Origin: Methanobacteriota archaeon
GTDB lineage: Archaea > Thermoplasmatota > Poseidoniia > Poseidoniales > Poseidoniaceae
NCBI GenBank assembly: GCA_002722695.1
Contig: PBMS01000029.1
Location: 5,724-69,723, forward strand
Length of the DNA: 64,000 bases
Direction: 5' to 3'
The notes under the pieces were generated by a model. That model ran no database searches, was not told where the DNA came from, and saw only the letters and a program-made list of their open reading frames with translations. The stretch's first letter is position 1, and every line of letters starts with the position of its first letter. A program made the position numbers and the translations under genes. Shown here piece by piece: positions 46,558 to 55,356 of this stretch.

Positions 46558-49500
46558 TGAACCCCCTCCTCACCATTCCAAAATGAACCCAGGTATTTGT
46601 CGGCGTATTCAGTGTACCCGTTTCCTCCATGAGGCGTGGGGGTAAACTCTCCGAAAACCGCCCCTCTGCTGGTGGCGAACATGTCGATTCGCATGTACAT
46701 TCCTAGAGCGGCTCCTATGGTCCGCACGGATTCAATCATTTCTTGCCAACAATCTGGCCTCTGAATTGGATCTTGACCTTGATCCCTTTTTTCCATGATC
46801 TTCCCTGGCATCAACTTGAAATTTTCATCGTAATATTGATGTTCATTGAGGCTTTTGTTAACTTCAGATTTTCTCAAAGCCACATGCACCATCGCAATTT
46901 CTTCACCAAAGCAATAGAATTTGAAGTCCCGGGGTAAACCGTCGCTGAGTTGTTTAGGTTCTGGTTCAAGCAGTTCTTCAATCATGATTATTGGTTGATT
47001 TTGACGAATAAACTCATCCTCTGATAGTGCACGAACCAAATGCTCTCTTGTATACGCTTGGTGAGTCAAAATATCCATACCGTCCTTCATGCAATAGACA
47101 TTGTTTGAGTTCCACCCCTTTTCCGGCTTAATGACAAAGTTACGGGGCAATTGTGCCAGTTCAGGTATGTCTTGGCATTCCTTGCCCTCCCAATACAAGA
47201 CTGGGACCTTCAACCCCAAATCCTCCACGAAACTTCGCCCGGCAAGTTTCGGGGATAGTTTCTTTTGCCAAACTGGTTTTTTTGCCTTCCACCAATCGTG
47301 GTTTCGTTTCCTTATCATCTCTGAAAAAAGGGGCATGCCCGTTTCCCAAACATGATGTTTAGATTTCATCGCATCCGGAACCTCGAAAGGACGAATAGAC
47401 AACCTTCGAGGTAGGTAAGGTGAGGCGATTCCGGATTTGATTTTTTTGTGCCATAATCGGAACGAGCAGTGATGATTCAATCTGTGTCCGGACACAGAAC
47501 GCCAAGAAATGTGGAACGGCCCTCCACCTGTCAACGAACTGTTATGCAGCATCATGAACATTGAAGGTACGCTCATTCGTAATCGTCGCTCGTTTCCATA
47601 ATACGCCTCTATACGCTCAATGTACTCCGTATCTGCACCAACCCGAAGAGAATCAAAATATCCGATTTCGTCCACAACCTCCCTCCGTATGAGTAGGGAA
47701 ATACACGCCATTCTCAGAGCCCCAATTCCCCTGAATTCGACATCAGAGTTTTCGTCGATTCTGAAATAATCGTGAGTAATTCCTACCGCCTCAGGGTTTG
47801 AGCTCAGTGAATCAACCTGCATCTCAATACGTTGTGCATGACAGTAATCGTCGCTGTCCATGAAACCTATGAACGTCCCATTTGCTTGTGATATTCCGAA
47901 ATTTTTTGCGAGATATGTCCCCCCGTTTTCATTCATTTGAAACACGCGAATTCGGTCATCGGTTTGCTTCAATGTTTGAAGATACGTAAAATTATCATCA
48001 GGTGAACAGTCATCGACAATCAACAGCTCAACATTTCGGTATGTTTGATTGAGAATCGAAGCTATCGCTGAATCCAACAATGGATCTCGTTTGTACGTAG
48101 TCATGATAATGGACACAAGACGGTCATCGTCCACGAACTTGCTCACATCTGTGGAAAGATATCGCGGCGTTATGGCGTTGACTGGTGATGTGGATGTCAC
48201 CGGAGCGAGGCCATGTAATTCCAGCATGTTGTTGATGTGCTTAATTTGCATTTGGGCTTGTCCTGCATTTTTTTCGATTTGAGAGGCAGTGATGTACACA
48301 TCGTTGGATTCTGGCCAGCGGACCAAGCATTTTGATATGGTATTGCGTGCTGTTTGATGATTTCCCAGCCAGGAGTTCACCAAGGCAAAATAGAGTTGAC
48401 TTCGCTGATTGTTTGGGTGATGGTTTAAGCAGGTTTGAACAATTTCCAATGCCAAATCAAAGTCCTTCAAAACGCTCAAAACAAAATTTAATCGGGCAAA
48501 TTGATGATTTAGGTTATTTGGAAATTCTTTAGTTGCCTTCGTAATTTCAAACGAATACTTTTCTTCGGACCATATTTTAATTCCACATTTCAGCCTTCGC
48601 TGCAATGCCGATTGATGATTTTTGTTGATTTCCAACACCCGCTCAAACATGCGGATTGCGTCTTCCAACTTCCCCATGGACTCGAGAGCTATGCCTTTAC
48701 GCATCAAAAAAGAGATGCTCTCCGAATGTGAGGCTAAAGCGCCATCAAGTATGTCAAGCGCACTCGCCGCATCCCCTTCCTCCAGCATTCTCGCTGCCAT
48801 TAAATCGGTTTCAAGCAAAGTGCCTTCGATGAGTCCCAGGAGGTGTTCCGCTTCCTCCTTTTGACCTAATTCACATAACTTTAGATACGAATTACGTATT
48901 GTTGCCTTTGCGTCGACACCAAGCTCAACCAACCGTTTGCTTGCAAGTAAGATGTCCTGGACTGAACCATGGTTGATTGCAGCGTTAGCAAATCTCCGCA
49001 GGTGATACAATTTTACCTCGCCCAATTCATTGAGTCGATGGTAAGCGTCCAAAGCAAGCTGAGGCGTTTTCGTTCGATACCCAATTTCAGTCAAAATCTC
49101 CAACATCTGTAGGTCGTTTGGATCTTCCTGAAGGACCACAGAGGCAATTTGTGCTGATTCATCAAATCGTTTTGCGTGTTTCAGCCGCTTTGCCAGCGAA
49201 CGTTTTTTGGAAAGTTCACCGTCGATTTTTCCAAGATAATTCACCCATAAATTATGAGCCATTTCTATCTGCCCGAGGGATTCACACACCTGTCGCGCAA
49301 ACATCAACGTCGACTCGTTCACAACCTCTCGAGACATTAGCGAGTTGAGGAGTTCAATTCCTCCCTCAACATCTCCAGATTCAAAATGTTCTTTTGCTTG
49401 GACAAAGATAGGAAAGGGGATGTCCATGTCCCAGTTCGATTGGAGAAAAAAAGCCCTGCATGATTGCTCATGCCAAAATGTCTCAAACATCCTCGAGAGC

Positions 49501-49850
49501 AATTCTTCATCGGTGGATGTCCAAGTGATTCGGGAGGCAGCGCGCATCACGATTGAGCAATCGCCGCTTATGCATCCTGCGTGTATCAGACGTCGAAGAT
49601 ATTCTGGCTTTGGGTTAGAGGCGATGGCTCGTTGCATGAGGACGACGGCTTCTCCATGGCGAGCTGTGTTCATGAACAACCTCGAAAGGACATCTAACGC
49701 CCACAAATCGTTCGCATTATCACTGAGCATTGCCTCGAGGAAAGGCTCTGCCTCGTCGTAATTTTTGCTGTTGTAGTGGCGTCGTGCCTCGTCCTTGTTT
49801 GAGGTGGTGTTTTTCTTGAACGGCCACCTCATGAACAAATGGTCCTGCAT
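46554..49850 (-). CDS. Fusion of an N-terminal TPR-repeat region, a central GT2 glycosyltransferase and a C-terminal TupA-like ATP-grasp domain
   Basis: TPR-like helical repeats over ~550 aa. GT2 is LVSIIMTTYKRDPLL...VDDCSPD...MDSDD. The C-terminal KLAGRSFVEDLGLKVPVLYW...NFVIKPEKGWNSNNVYCM...FGEFTPTPHGG matches the TupA-like ATP-grasp. Confidence 0.6.
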   Translation of the reverse strand: MQDHLFMRWPFKKNTTSNKDEARRHYNSKNYDEAEPFLEAMLSDNANDLWALDVLSRLFMNTARHGEAVVLMQRAIASNPKPEYLRRLIHAGCISGDCSIVMRAASRITWTSTDEELLSRMFETFWHEQSCRAFFLQSNWDMDIPFPIFVQAKEHFESGDVEGGIELLNSLMSREVVNESTLMFARQVCESLGQIEMAHNLWVNYLGKIDGELSKKRSLAKRLKHAKRFDESAQIASVVLQEDPNDLQMLEILTEIGYRTKTPQLALDAYHRLNELGEVKLYHLRRFANAAINHGSVQDILLASKRLVELGVDAKATIRNSYLKLCELGQKEEAEHLLGLIEGTLLETDLMAARMLEEGDAASALDILDGALASHSESISFLMRKGIALESMGKLEDAIRMFERVLEINKNHQSALQRRLKCGIKIWSEEKYSFEITKATKEFPNNLNHQFARLNFVLSVLKDFDLALEIVQTCLNHHPNNQRSQLYFALVNSWLGNHQTARNTISKCLVRWPESNDVYITASQIEKNAGQAQMQIKHINNMLELHGLAPVTSTSPVNAITPRYLSTDVSKFVDDDRLVSIIMTTYKRDPLLDSAIASILNQTYRNVELLIVDDCSPDDNFTYLQTLKQTDDRIRVFQMNENGGTYLAKNFGISQANGTFIGFMDSDDYCHAQRIEMQVDSLSSNPEAVGITHDYFRIDENSDVEFRGIGALRMACISLLIRREVVDEIGYFDSLRVGADTEYIERIEAYYGNERRLRMSVPSMFMMLHNSSLTGGGPFHISWRSVSGHRLNHHCSFRLWHKKIKSGIASPYLPRRLSIRPFEVPDAMKSKHHVWETGMPLFSEMIRKRNHDWWKAKKPVWQKKLSPKLAGRSFVEDLGLKVPVLYWEGKECQDIPELAQLPRNFVIKPEKGWNSNNVYCMKDGMDILTHQAYTREHLVRALSEDEFIRQNQPIIMIEELLEPEPKQLSDGLPRDFKFYCFGEEIAMVHVALRKSEVNKSLNEHQYYDENFKLMPGKIMEKRDQGQDPIQRPDCWQEMIESVRTIGAALGMYMRIDMFATSRGAVFGEFTPTPHGGNGYTEYADKYLGSFWNGEEGVQ

Positions 49851-50053
49851 TGGGGTTATGGAGATGTTGTATTAATTTCAATCTGAAGGTCGTTTCCAAA
49901 GCCATCAGACCGGTCCCGAATCTTCTGCAATGATATGCGGAATTATGAACACGAACCCCTGTATATCTGCGGATTTCGATAGCACCATGCAATGGGTAGG
50001 AACTCTGGCATGGACAAGCGAAAAATGATGAACAGGTTGCGATTACGGATAGC

Positions 50054-51013
50054 ATGCCAACTCTCTTGATCACTGGGGGTGCAGGTTTCATAGGTGGGCG
50101 CACCGCTTCACTGGCAATTGAACAGGGGTGGAGAGTGAGGGTTCTGGACAACCTTTCCACTGGTTTGCAATCCACTTGCACGAGGTTGAAAAATCAAGGT
50201 GCAGATGTGTTGGTCGGTGATATACGAGACCCAAAAATGGTTGATTCTGCCGTGAGAGGCTGTGACGCTGTGGTTCACCTTGCAGCACAGGTTTCTGTTC
50301 CGTATTCGGTCGACCACTCAGACGAAAATTACGCAATCAATGTGGGAGGTACCGCTTGCCTTCTGAAAGCATGTCGAGACAACGATGTCTCACGCTTTAT
50401 CATGGCGTCAAGTGCTGCGGTTTATGGATCGTGCGAGACTCTCCCGCTCAGAGAAGAAGATGCTGGGGCCTTTCAATCCCCCTACGCAGAATCGAAACAC
50501 ATCAATGAAGACATGATGAAAGAAGCGAGGCAGAAAGGTATGGAAACAATAGCCCTGCGTTTTTTCAACGTGTATGGGACAGGGCAAAGAACGGACGGGG
50601 CCTATGCGGCAGTTGTTCCGAAATTCATTGAACTAGCAACACAAGGAAACGCGCCAATGATTTATGGGGACGGCCATCAAACACGAGATTTCATCCATGT
50701 TGATGACGTTGTTAACGCCGTTTTGATGTTGGCAAGAGAGAAATGGAATCCTGCTTACGCTCCTGTATACAACCTATCAACAGGTATTGAGGTCTCCCTC
50801 CTGCAGCTCATCAAAAAAATCCAAGGTGTGTTAAGTGAAATCTCACCAACCACAAATCGACCTGCTCCGGTACACACCGACGGCCGCACTGGCGATATCC
50901 TTCGGTCGGTAGGTTCGAGTGCTCGAATTCAAAAGGACACCGCATGGAGACCTAGTATCTCCCTGGAGAGTGGAATACGGCGTCAAATAGAGGACGCTCT
51001 CAACCGAACGTGA
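50054..51013 (+). CDS. NAD-dependent nucleotide-sugar epimerase (UDP-Glc/GlcNAc(A) 4-epimerase-like, extended SDR)
   Basis: TGGAGFIGG Rossmann motif, YxxxK context (YAESKHINE) and the usual length. Confidence 0.85.
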   Translation: MPTLLITGGAGFIGGRTASLAIEQGWRVRVLDNLSTGLQSTCTRLKNQGADVLVGDIRDPKMVDSAVRGCDAVVHLAAQVSVPYSVDHSDENYAINVGGTACLLKACRDNDVSRFIMASSAAVYGSCETLPLREEDAGAFQSPYAESKHINEDMMKEARQKGMETIALRFFNVYGTGQRTDGAYAAVVPKFIELATQGNAPMIYGDGHQTRDFIHVDDVVNAVLMLAREKWNPAYAPVYNLSTGIEVSLLQLIKKIQGVLSEISPTTNRPAPVHTDGRTGDILRSVGSSARIQKDTAWRPSISLESGIRRQIEDALNRT

Positions 51014-52116
51014 GCGTCATGGAATTGCTCTGGTTCACTGGACGCTCAATGAGCGATCTATGCTCATGCACTCAACGCGCTTTAATCGCTGGATTGTTGA
51101 AAAATGATGTGCTGATCACCTACGTCAATTCAGACGCAAGCGTGAACATTGAAAATCAAGCGTTCACCCACGTCGGCTTAACTCACCGTGCACGTCTCGG
51201 TTTCAAGGCACGCACGCTCGGGAAAATGATGGCGTTTTGGCTGTCGTCAACCGATGTAAGCGACCGCGCTGTGGCGTTGGTTGAGTGGCGCATTGCTCAG
51301 CACATTGTTCCTGTCCTCTCGGACAAAGGTATCCCATGGGCCTTGATGGACCGCAGCCCACCGGCAGATCCTGGTTTGTTGGGTCGTTTGCAGTGGAGGT
51401 CGTGGTCGCAAGCGTGGAAACTGGCCAAACGTGTGGATGCTCCTGGATTGGTTGTTTCTGCCGCACATCAGGCCTTTGTTGCGCAGAAAACCGGACATCA
51501 GCGAGCCACGGTGATTCAGGCCGGTGTGGATCTGAACCGATTCGAACCTGCGGAAAAGCAATCCACGTTCACGATGGTCTACCACGGGAGATTGGACCGG
51601 CACCGTGGATTGTTGGCGTGCGCAATGTTGGCCCAAAAAGCACGGAGTGAAGGTCTTGAGGTGGACATGATGTTCATCGGTGAGGGGGATCTTCTCCCTG
51701 CTTTGGAACGATTGGCGGACGCGAACGATTTCATTCATGTTCACAAACCGATGAAGCAAGAAGAGTTGGCACCGCTGCTCGGATCGTGTCATCTCGGCTT
51801 GTTGCCCATGCCAAAACGGACGGCCTGGATGCTGGCCAGTCCGCTCAAACGCAGTGAATTCCTTGCGTCAGGACTGCCTGTGTTTGGCATCGATCATCAA
51901 GGTCACAGGCTCGCCGGTGTGGAAAGCGATTGGTTTACGTTGGCTCCCCAGGAGGATTTTCATGCAGACGGTCTGGAGGTTTTGCGCCGCCACATGGGCA
52001 CGGAACGCCAACACTCTGCCGCGGCACGAACGTACGCAGAGAGCAACCTTGGCTGGTCGATTTCGGTCGAGGCGTTGATGGGCGTGTTGGACGATTTGCA
52101 TCACAGCGAATCGTAA
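51010..52116 (+). CDS. Glycosyltransferase family 4 (GT-B)
   Basis: The C-terminal FIGEGDLLPALERLAD ... LLPMPKRTAWMLASPLKRSEFLASGLPVFG has a GT4 nucleotide-binding-domain pattern. Confidence 0.55.
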   Translation: MSVMELLWFTGRSMSDLCSCTQRALIAGLLKNDVLITYVNSDASVNIENQAFTHVGLTHRARLGFKARTLGKMMAFWLSSTDVSDRAVALVEWRIAQHIVPVLSDKGIPWALMDRSPPADPGLLGRLQWRSWSQAWKLAKRVDAPGLVVSAAHQAFVAQKTGHQRATVIQAGVDLNRFEPAEKQSTFTMVYHGRLDRHRGLLACAMLAQKARSEGLEVDMMFIGEGDLLPALERLADANDFIHVHKPMKQEELAPLLGSCHLGLLPMPKRTAWMLASPLKRSEFLASGLPVFGIDHQGHRLAGVESDWFTLAPQEDFHADGLEVLRRHMGTERQHSAAARTYAESNLGWSISVEALMGVLDDLHHSES

Positions 52117-53084
52117 ACCAGTGCCCACTGTTTTTGCACCTCATCAACGGCGTGAGACGCCACAGAATCAGCAAGTTCACCGGTCGAACCTGGTCGTTCA
52201 AGCAGAGCGGCCAAGGTTGAAACCCATGCTTCGACGTCATCGTGAGGTGCATAAGCCACCGCATCGGGCAGACCCGCCACCCGGTCGCTCACGCAAACGG
52301 GTAGATCAGCGGAAAGGGCTTCAAGCGCCACCATGGGTTGGCCTTCGTAGGCAGACGGGACGAGGAGAACGCTCGCACGTGCGAGCAGTGAGGCTTTTTG
52401 TTCGTTTGAAACCCAACCAGGAGAATTGATCCAAGGGCGGTTCTCCTCGCCCCAACCCGTCATCGTGAGGCGAAGGGATGGATGGGACTGACGCAATCGT
52501 TCTGCCACTTCGATCGCAAAGGCATGACCCTTGACAGGGTCGTTGCGTCCCAAGAGGAGAAGATGGTGTTCGTCTCGTGCATGCGCTGGATGAGCCGATG
52601 ACGGCGGGAGTGGGTTGACGATGGCGGTCAACGGGCCAATGCGAGGTTCAAGTCGCTGCCGCCACACCTCAGAAAGGACAACCGGTTGAATGCCAGCAGA
52701 GGTCAGGATTGTCCTCACGGTCTCGACCCGACGTGCACCCCCTGCATCGAGCCACGCATCGAACCGACCCGAGTGAAGGTGAACGACCACGGCGACACCC
52801 TCCCGTCTGGCTACCGCAATCAGACGCGCTTTGCGACGCCATGACCAATCGGCAGCGACGTGAACATGCACCACATCGGGTCGTTGTGGTGCATCTGTGC
52901 AGCGGCGGTTCAGTTCGCGGCGCGCGCGCCGATAAGCGCACCATTTTGCCCACAGGCCACCGTCGCTGTGCGAGGACAAGAGCGTGGCTTCCCACCCTTC
53001 TGGAGGGTGGTCGGCGAGGGTTCGCATGACGGTGGCCATGCCCCCAGGGCTGTCGCATGGTCCGACGTGAAGCACCCTGCGCAT
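52101..53084 (-). CDS. Glycosyltransferase family 4 (GT-B)
   Basis: The N-terminal VLHVGPCDSPGGMATVMRTL and C-terminal SAYEGQPMVALEALSADLPV are GT4 (EX7E-like) motifs. Confidence 0.6.
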   Translation of the reverse strand: MRRVLHVGPCDSPGGMATVMRTLADHPPEGWEATLLSSHSDGGLWAKWCAYRRARRELNRRCTDAPQRPDVVHVHVAADWSWRRKARLIAVARREGVAVVVHLHSGRFDAWLDAGGARRVETVRTILTSAGIQPVVLSEVWRQRLEPRIGPLTAIVNPLPPSSAHPAHARDEHHLLLLGRNDPVKGHAFAIEVAERLRQSHPSLRLTMTGWGEENRPWINSPGWVSNEQKASLLARASVLLVPSAYEGQPMVALEALSADLPVCVSDRVAGLPDAVAYAPHDDVEAWVSTLAALLERPGSTGELADSVASHAVDEVQKQWALVYDSL

Positions 53085-53130
53085 GGCTCATCCACCACCT
53101 TCGCCGTCATGAAGTGGTTGGCAAAACCGC

Positions 53131-54414
53131 TTGGTCGCACCTCTGAATGGAGGAGAACCTAAGGGGAAGCGATGTCGGATGGAGGCCATGGTCGTGGTCC
53201 CTGCCGCCATCGAGGGGGTCGCTCTTGCTGTCGCCGCCGTACCGTTCCTGCAACACCGATGGGACATGCATCGCTGGGAACGCGATCATCAAACCGGATA
53301 CGGACCGAAAGGAGAAGGTCATGTTGAACCGCTGACGGTGCTGCTGCCCGTGTGGAACGAAGCCGTGGTGATCGATGAGAAACTGGCCAACCTCGCCGCT
53401 CAAAACCTCAGTTTCAACCTCCTCATCGTCGACTCGGCATCCACCGACCAAACGGTCGGTCGAGCGCAAGTCTGGCTTGAAAAGCATCCGGATGCGTTTG
53501 CGTCTGCGGAATTCATTGAGATGTCGGAACGAAAAGGGAAAACAGCAGCGGTGATTCAGGCCCTCAAACACATCGGGACGACCGCTAAGGGTCTGGTGTG
53601 CATGACCGATGCCGATGCCATGATGGAACCGGGTGTTCTCCAGCGGATGATGCAGTGGTTTGCCGACCCCATCGTCGGGGCCGTTGGCGCGGTCCCCAAG
53701 CGCTTGGAAGCACGGCGGGAGGAGCGCCTTCACCGTTCAGCTTGGGAAGCCATGCGGGTGGCTGAGTCCTGTGTGGACAGCACCCCGTTTTTGGAAGGTT
53801 CCTGCATGATGTGGCGCCCGTCATGTCTGGCGATTGAAGATCTCCACCCAACGGCCAACGCTGACGATGCACAAATTGCGACGTCCATCCGCTGCCGTGG
53901 ATGGCGAACACTGACCGACCCTCTGGCCACCTTCACCGACGCTGCACCCACATCCGGGAAAAGTCAACGTCGGCAGAAAGTGCGACGTGCACAGGGGCTC
54001 CAACGGTTGCTTGTCCGTGAACGAAAACGAGCAACAGCGAAAGGGCAAGGCGTATTTGGACGCATTTTTTGGCGTCAGCATCACTTTCACATCACGGCGC
54101 CTTTGGCGTTGACCGTCGCCCTCATCAGCGCCGTTCTTCGATGGGGGTTCATTGCACTGTACGGATGGCCGGCAACGTTCACGCTTGCCAACAGTGTTCA
54201 TCTCGGGTTCTGCATGTTGGAGGCTGCCTGCACGATGCTGTGGTGGCGGGGCCGTCAAGGCAAATCAAACGGCCCGCTGTCTCTGCCCGGCCAGTGGCTG
54301 GCCAGCATGGAGATACTCGGGCGCTCGTTGATCACGACTGCAACCGGACGTTCCCTTCACATGTGGGAACAGCACACCGACGTGCGTGAACGGTTGATGA
54401 GTTTAGAAGATTGA
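53131..54414 (+). CDS. Membrane-embedded GT2 glycosyltransferase (processive synthase-like; NodC/cellulose-synthase-like)
   Basis: DxD context LLIVDSASTD and CMTDADAM, a Q(x)xRW-like region, and several C-terminal TM helices. The start may be the internal Met near 53179. Confidence 0.6.
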   Translation: MVAPLNGGEPKGKRCRMEAMVVVPAAIEGVALAVAAVPFLQHRWDMHRWERDHQTGYGPKGEGHVEPLTVLLPVWNEAVVIDEKLANLAAQNLSFNLLIVDSASTDQTVGRAQVWLEKHPDAFASAEFIEMSERKGKTAAVIQALKHIGTTAKGLVCMTDADAMMEPGVLQRMMQWFADPIVGAVGAVPKRLEARREERLHRSAWEAMRVAESCVDSTPFLEGSCMMWRPSCLAIEDLHPTANADDAQIATSIRCRGWRTLTDPLATFTDAAPTSGKSQRRQKVRRAQGLQRLLVRERKRATAKGQGVFGRIFWRQHHFHITAPLALTVALISAVLRWGFIALYGWPATFTLANSVHLGFCMLEAACTMLWWRGRQGKSNGPLSLPGQWLASMEILGRSLITTATGRSLHMWEQHTDVRERLMSLED

Positions 54415-54424
54415 AGAAAAGGCC

Positions 54425-54450
54425 CCTCCGGCGGCCTTGGCCGCCGGAGG
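54425..54450 (-). terminator. Perfect GC-rich hairpin (12-bp stem CCTCCGGCGGCC/GGCCGCCGGAGG with a 2-nt loop), followed on the minus-strand RNA by UUUUCUUC. Probable terminator of the pilin gene.
   Basis: Read directly from the sequence between the convergent GT2 and pilin gene ends. Confidence 0.45.
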
Positions 54451-54501
54451 CGCGTTGTACAGGTGTGAAACCTGGATGGTGTGGCTACTCAGCGATCGAG
54501 A

Positions 54502-55005
54502 TCACTCAGCAACGACGTCGTTGGTGGTGTCGATGACCTTGCCTTCACGGGTGTCCGTGATGGTGACGTCGATGAGACAGCTGCCTCCGCAGAGATTCTG
54601 TCCGTTCTCGACGACGGTCACGCCGTCACCAACTGACCAAACTTGGTCGTCCGTGTTACCAAACTCGACGAGGCTGCACACACCGGTGCCTTCAACGCCT
54701 GGGTTGTCGCAGGTGACTGGAGCTGCGTCGTCAATCGCGAGCTTCACTGAGACAGCAGCCCAGTTGATGTCGCCGCCTTGGTCCATGGTCAACATGATGA
54801 GGTTGTCAGCGGTGCCTGTACCTGGGGAACCTTGGGCGTCCTGTCCGCTCACGGCGTACAGGGCAAGGTTTCCGTCGGTGTTGCCTTCTGCGAGGGAGCT
54901 AGCCCACACGTACAGCACACCAGCCAGCACAACAGTGATCGCAACCATCAAGATGGTAGCGATAACAGGGCTGACAGCCTCTTCGTTTCGGTTTTCTTTT
55001 TGCAT
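54502..55005 (-). CDS. Archaeal type IV pilin-like protein with class III (FlaFind-type) signal peptide
   Basis: The N-terminal ...EEAVSPVIATILMVAITVVLAGVLYVW is the canonical archaeal pilin/archaellin N-terminal domain. GGAGG lies 8 nt upstream of the ATG. Confidence 0.75.
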   Translation of the reverse strand: MQKENRNEEAVSPVIATILMVAITVVLAGVLYVWASSLAEGNTDGNLALYAVSGQDAQGSPGTGTADNLIMLTMDQGGDINWAAVSVKLAIDDAAPVTCDNPGVEGTGVCSLVEFGNTDDQVWSVGDGVTVVENGQNLCGGSCLIDVTITDTREGKVIDTTNDVVAE

Positions 55006-55049
55006 ATTTTTGTCCTCCTTTCCCCGTTGGGGGTAGGCCTGCCTATGTC

Positions 55050-55068
55050 CATCCTCATATTAAACCCA
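55050..55068 (-). promoter_or_regulatory. Candidate TATA box (TTTAATATG on minus strand) ~45-50 nt upstream of the pilin start codon
   Basis: An AT-rich element in the 350-bp AT-rich intergenic region 55006..55356. Confidence 0.3.
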
Positions 55069-55356
55069 TCTGCCTTTTTTCTTCGCCTCCGCGCGAGAAA
55101 CAGCGGTTTTTGGGAAAAAATGCCACTGTTACAAATCGGTGTTGAACGCGCCAGCGAGTGGTGCGAACGGTTTGTAAATACCAAAATACACCTGAAAATA
55201 TCTTGGCGTTGCTCACGCTGGTGTGAAGAAGATGGGTGAACAGGGTGAGAGAAAACGAGAGGGGATGGGATGCACTCAACGAGAACTTCAACAGCCCTGT
55301 TCAAGATTACGTAGATGAATCAAGTTTATAGGCGTTTTTGAGGAGAAAATCAACGA

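Noticed and set aside
55100-55356. Possible small RNA or tRNA in the 350-bp AT-rich intergenic region upstream of the pilin gene
   Set aside because: I could not identify tRNA-like acceptor/T-arm sequence or a convincing structured element by eye. It is noted only as promoter/leader DNA (see the pilin finding).
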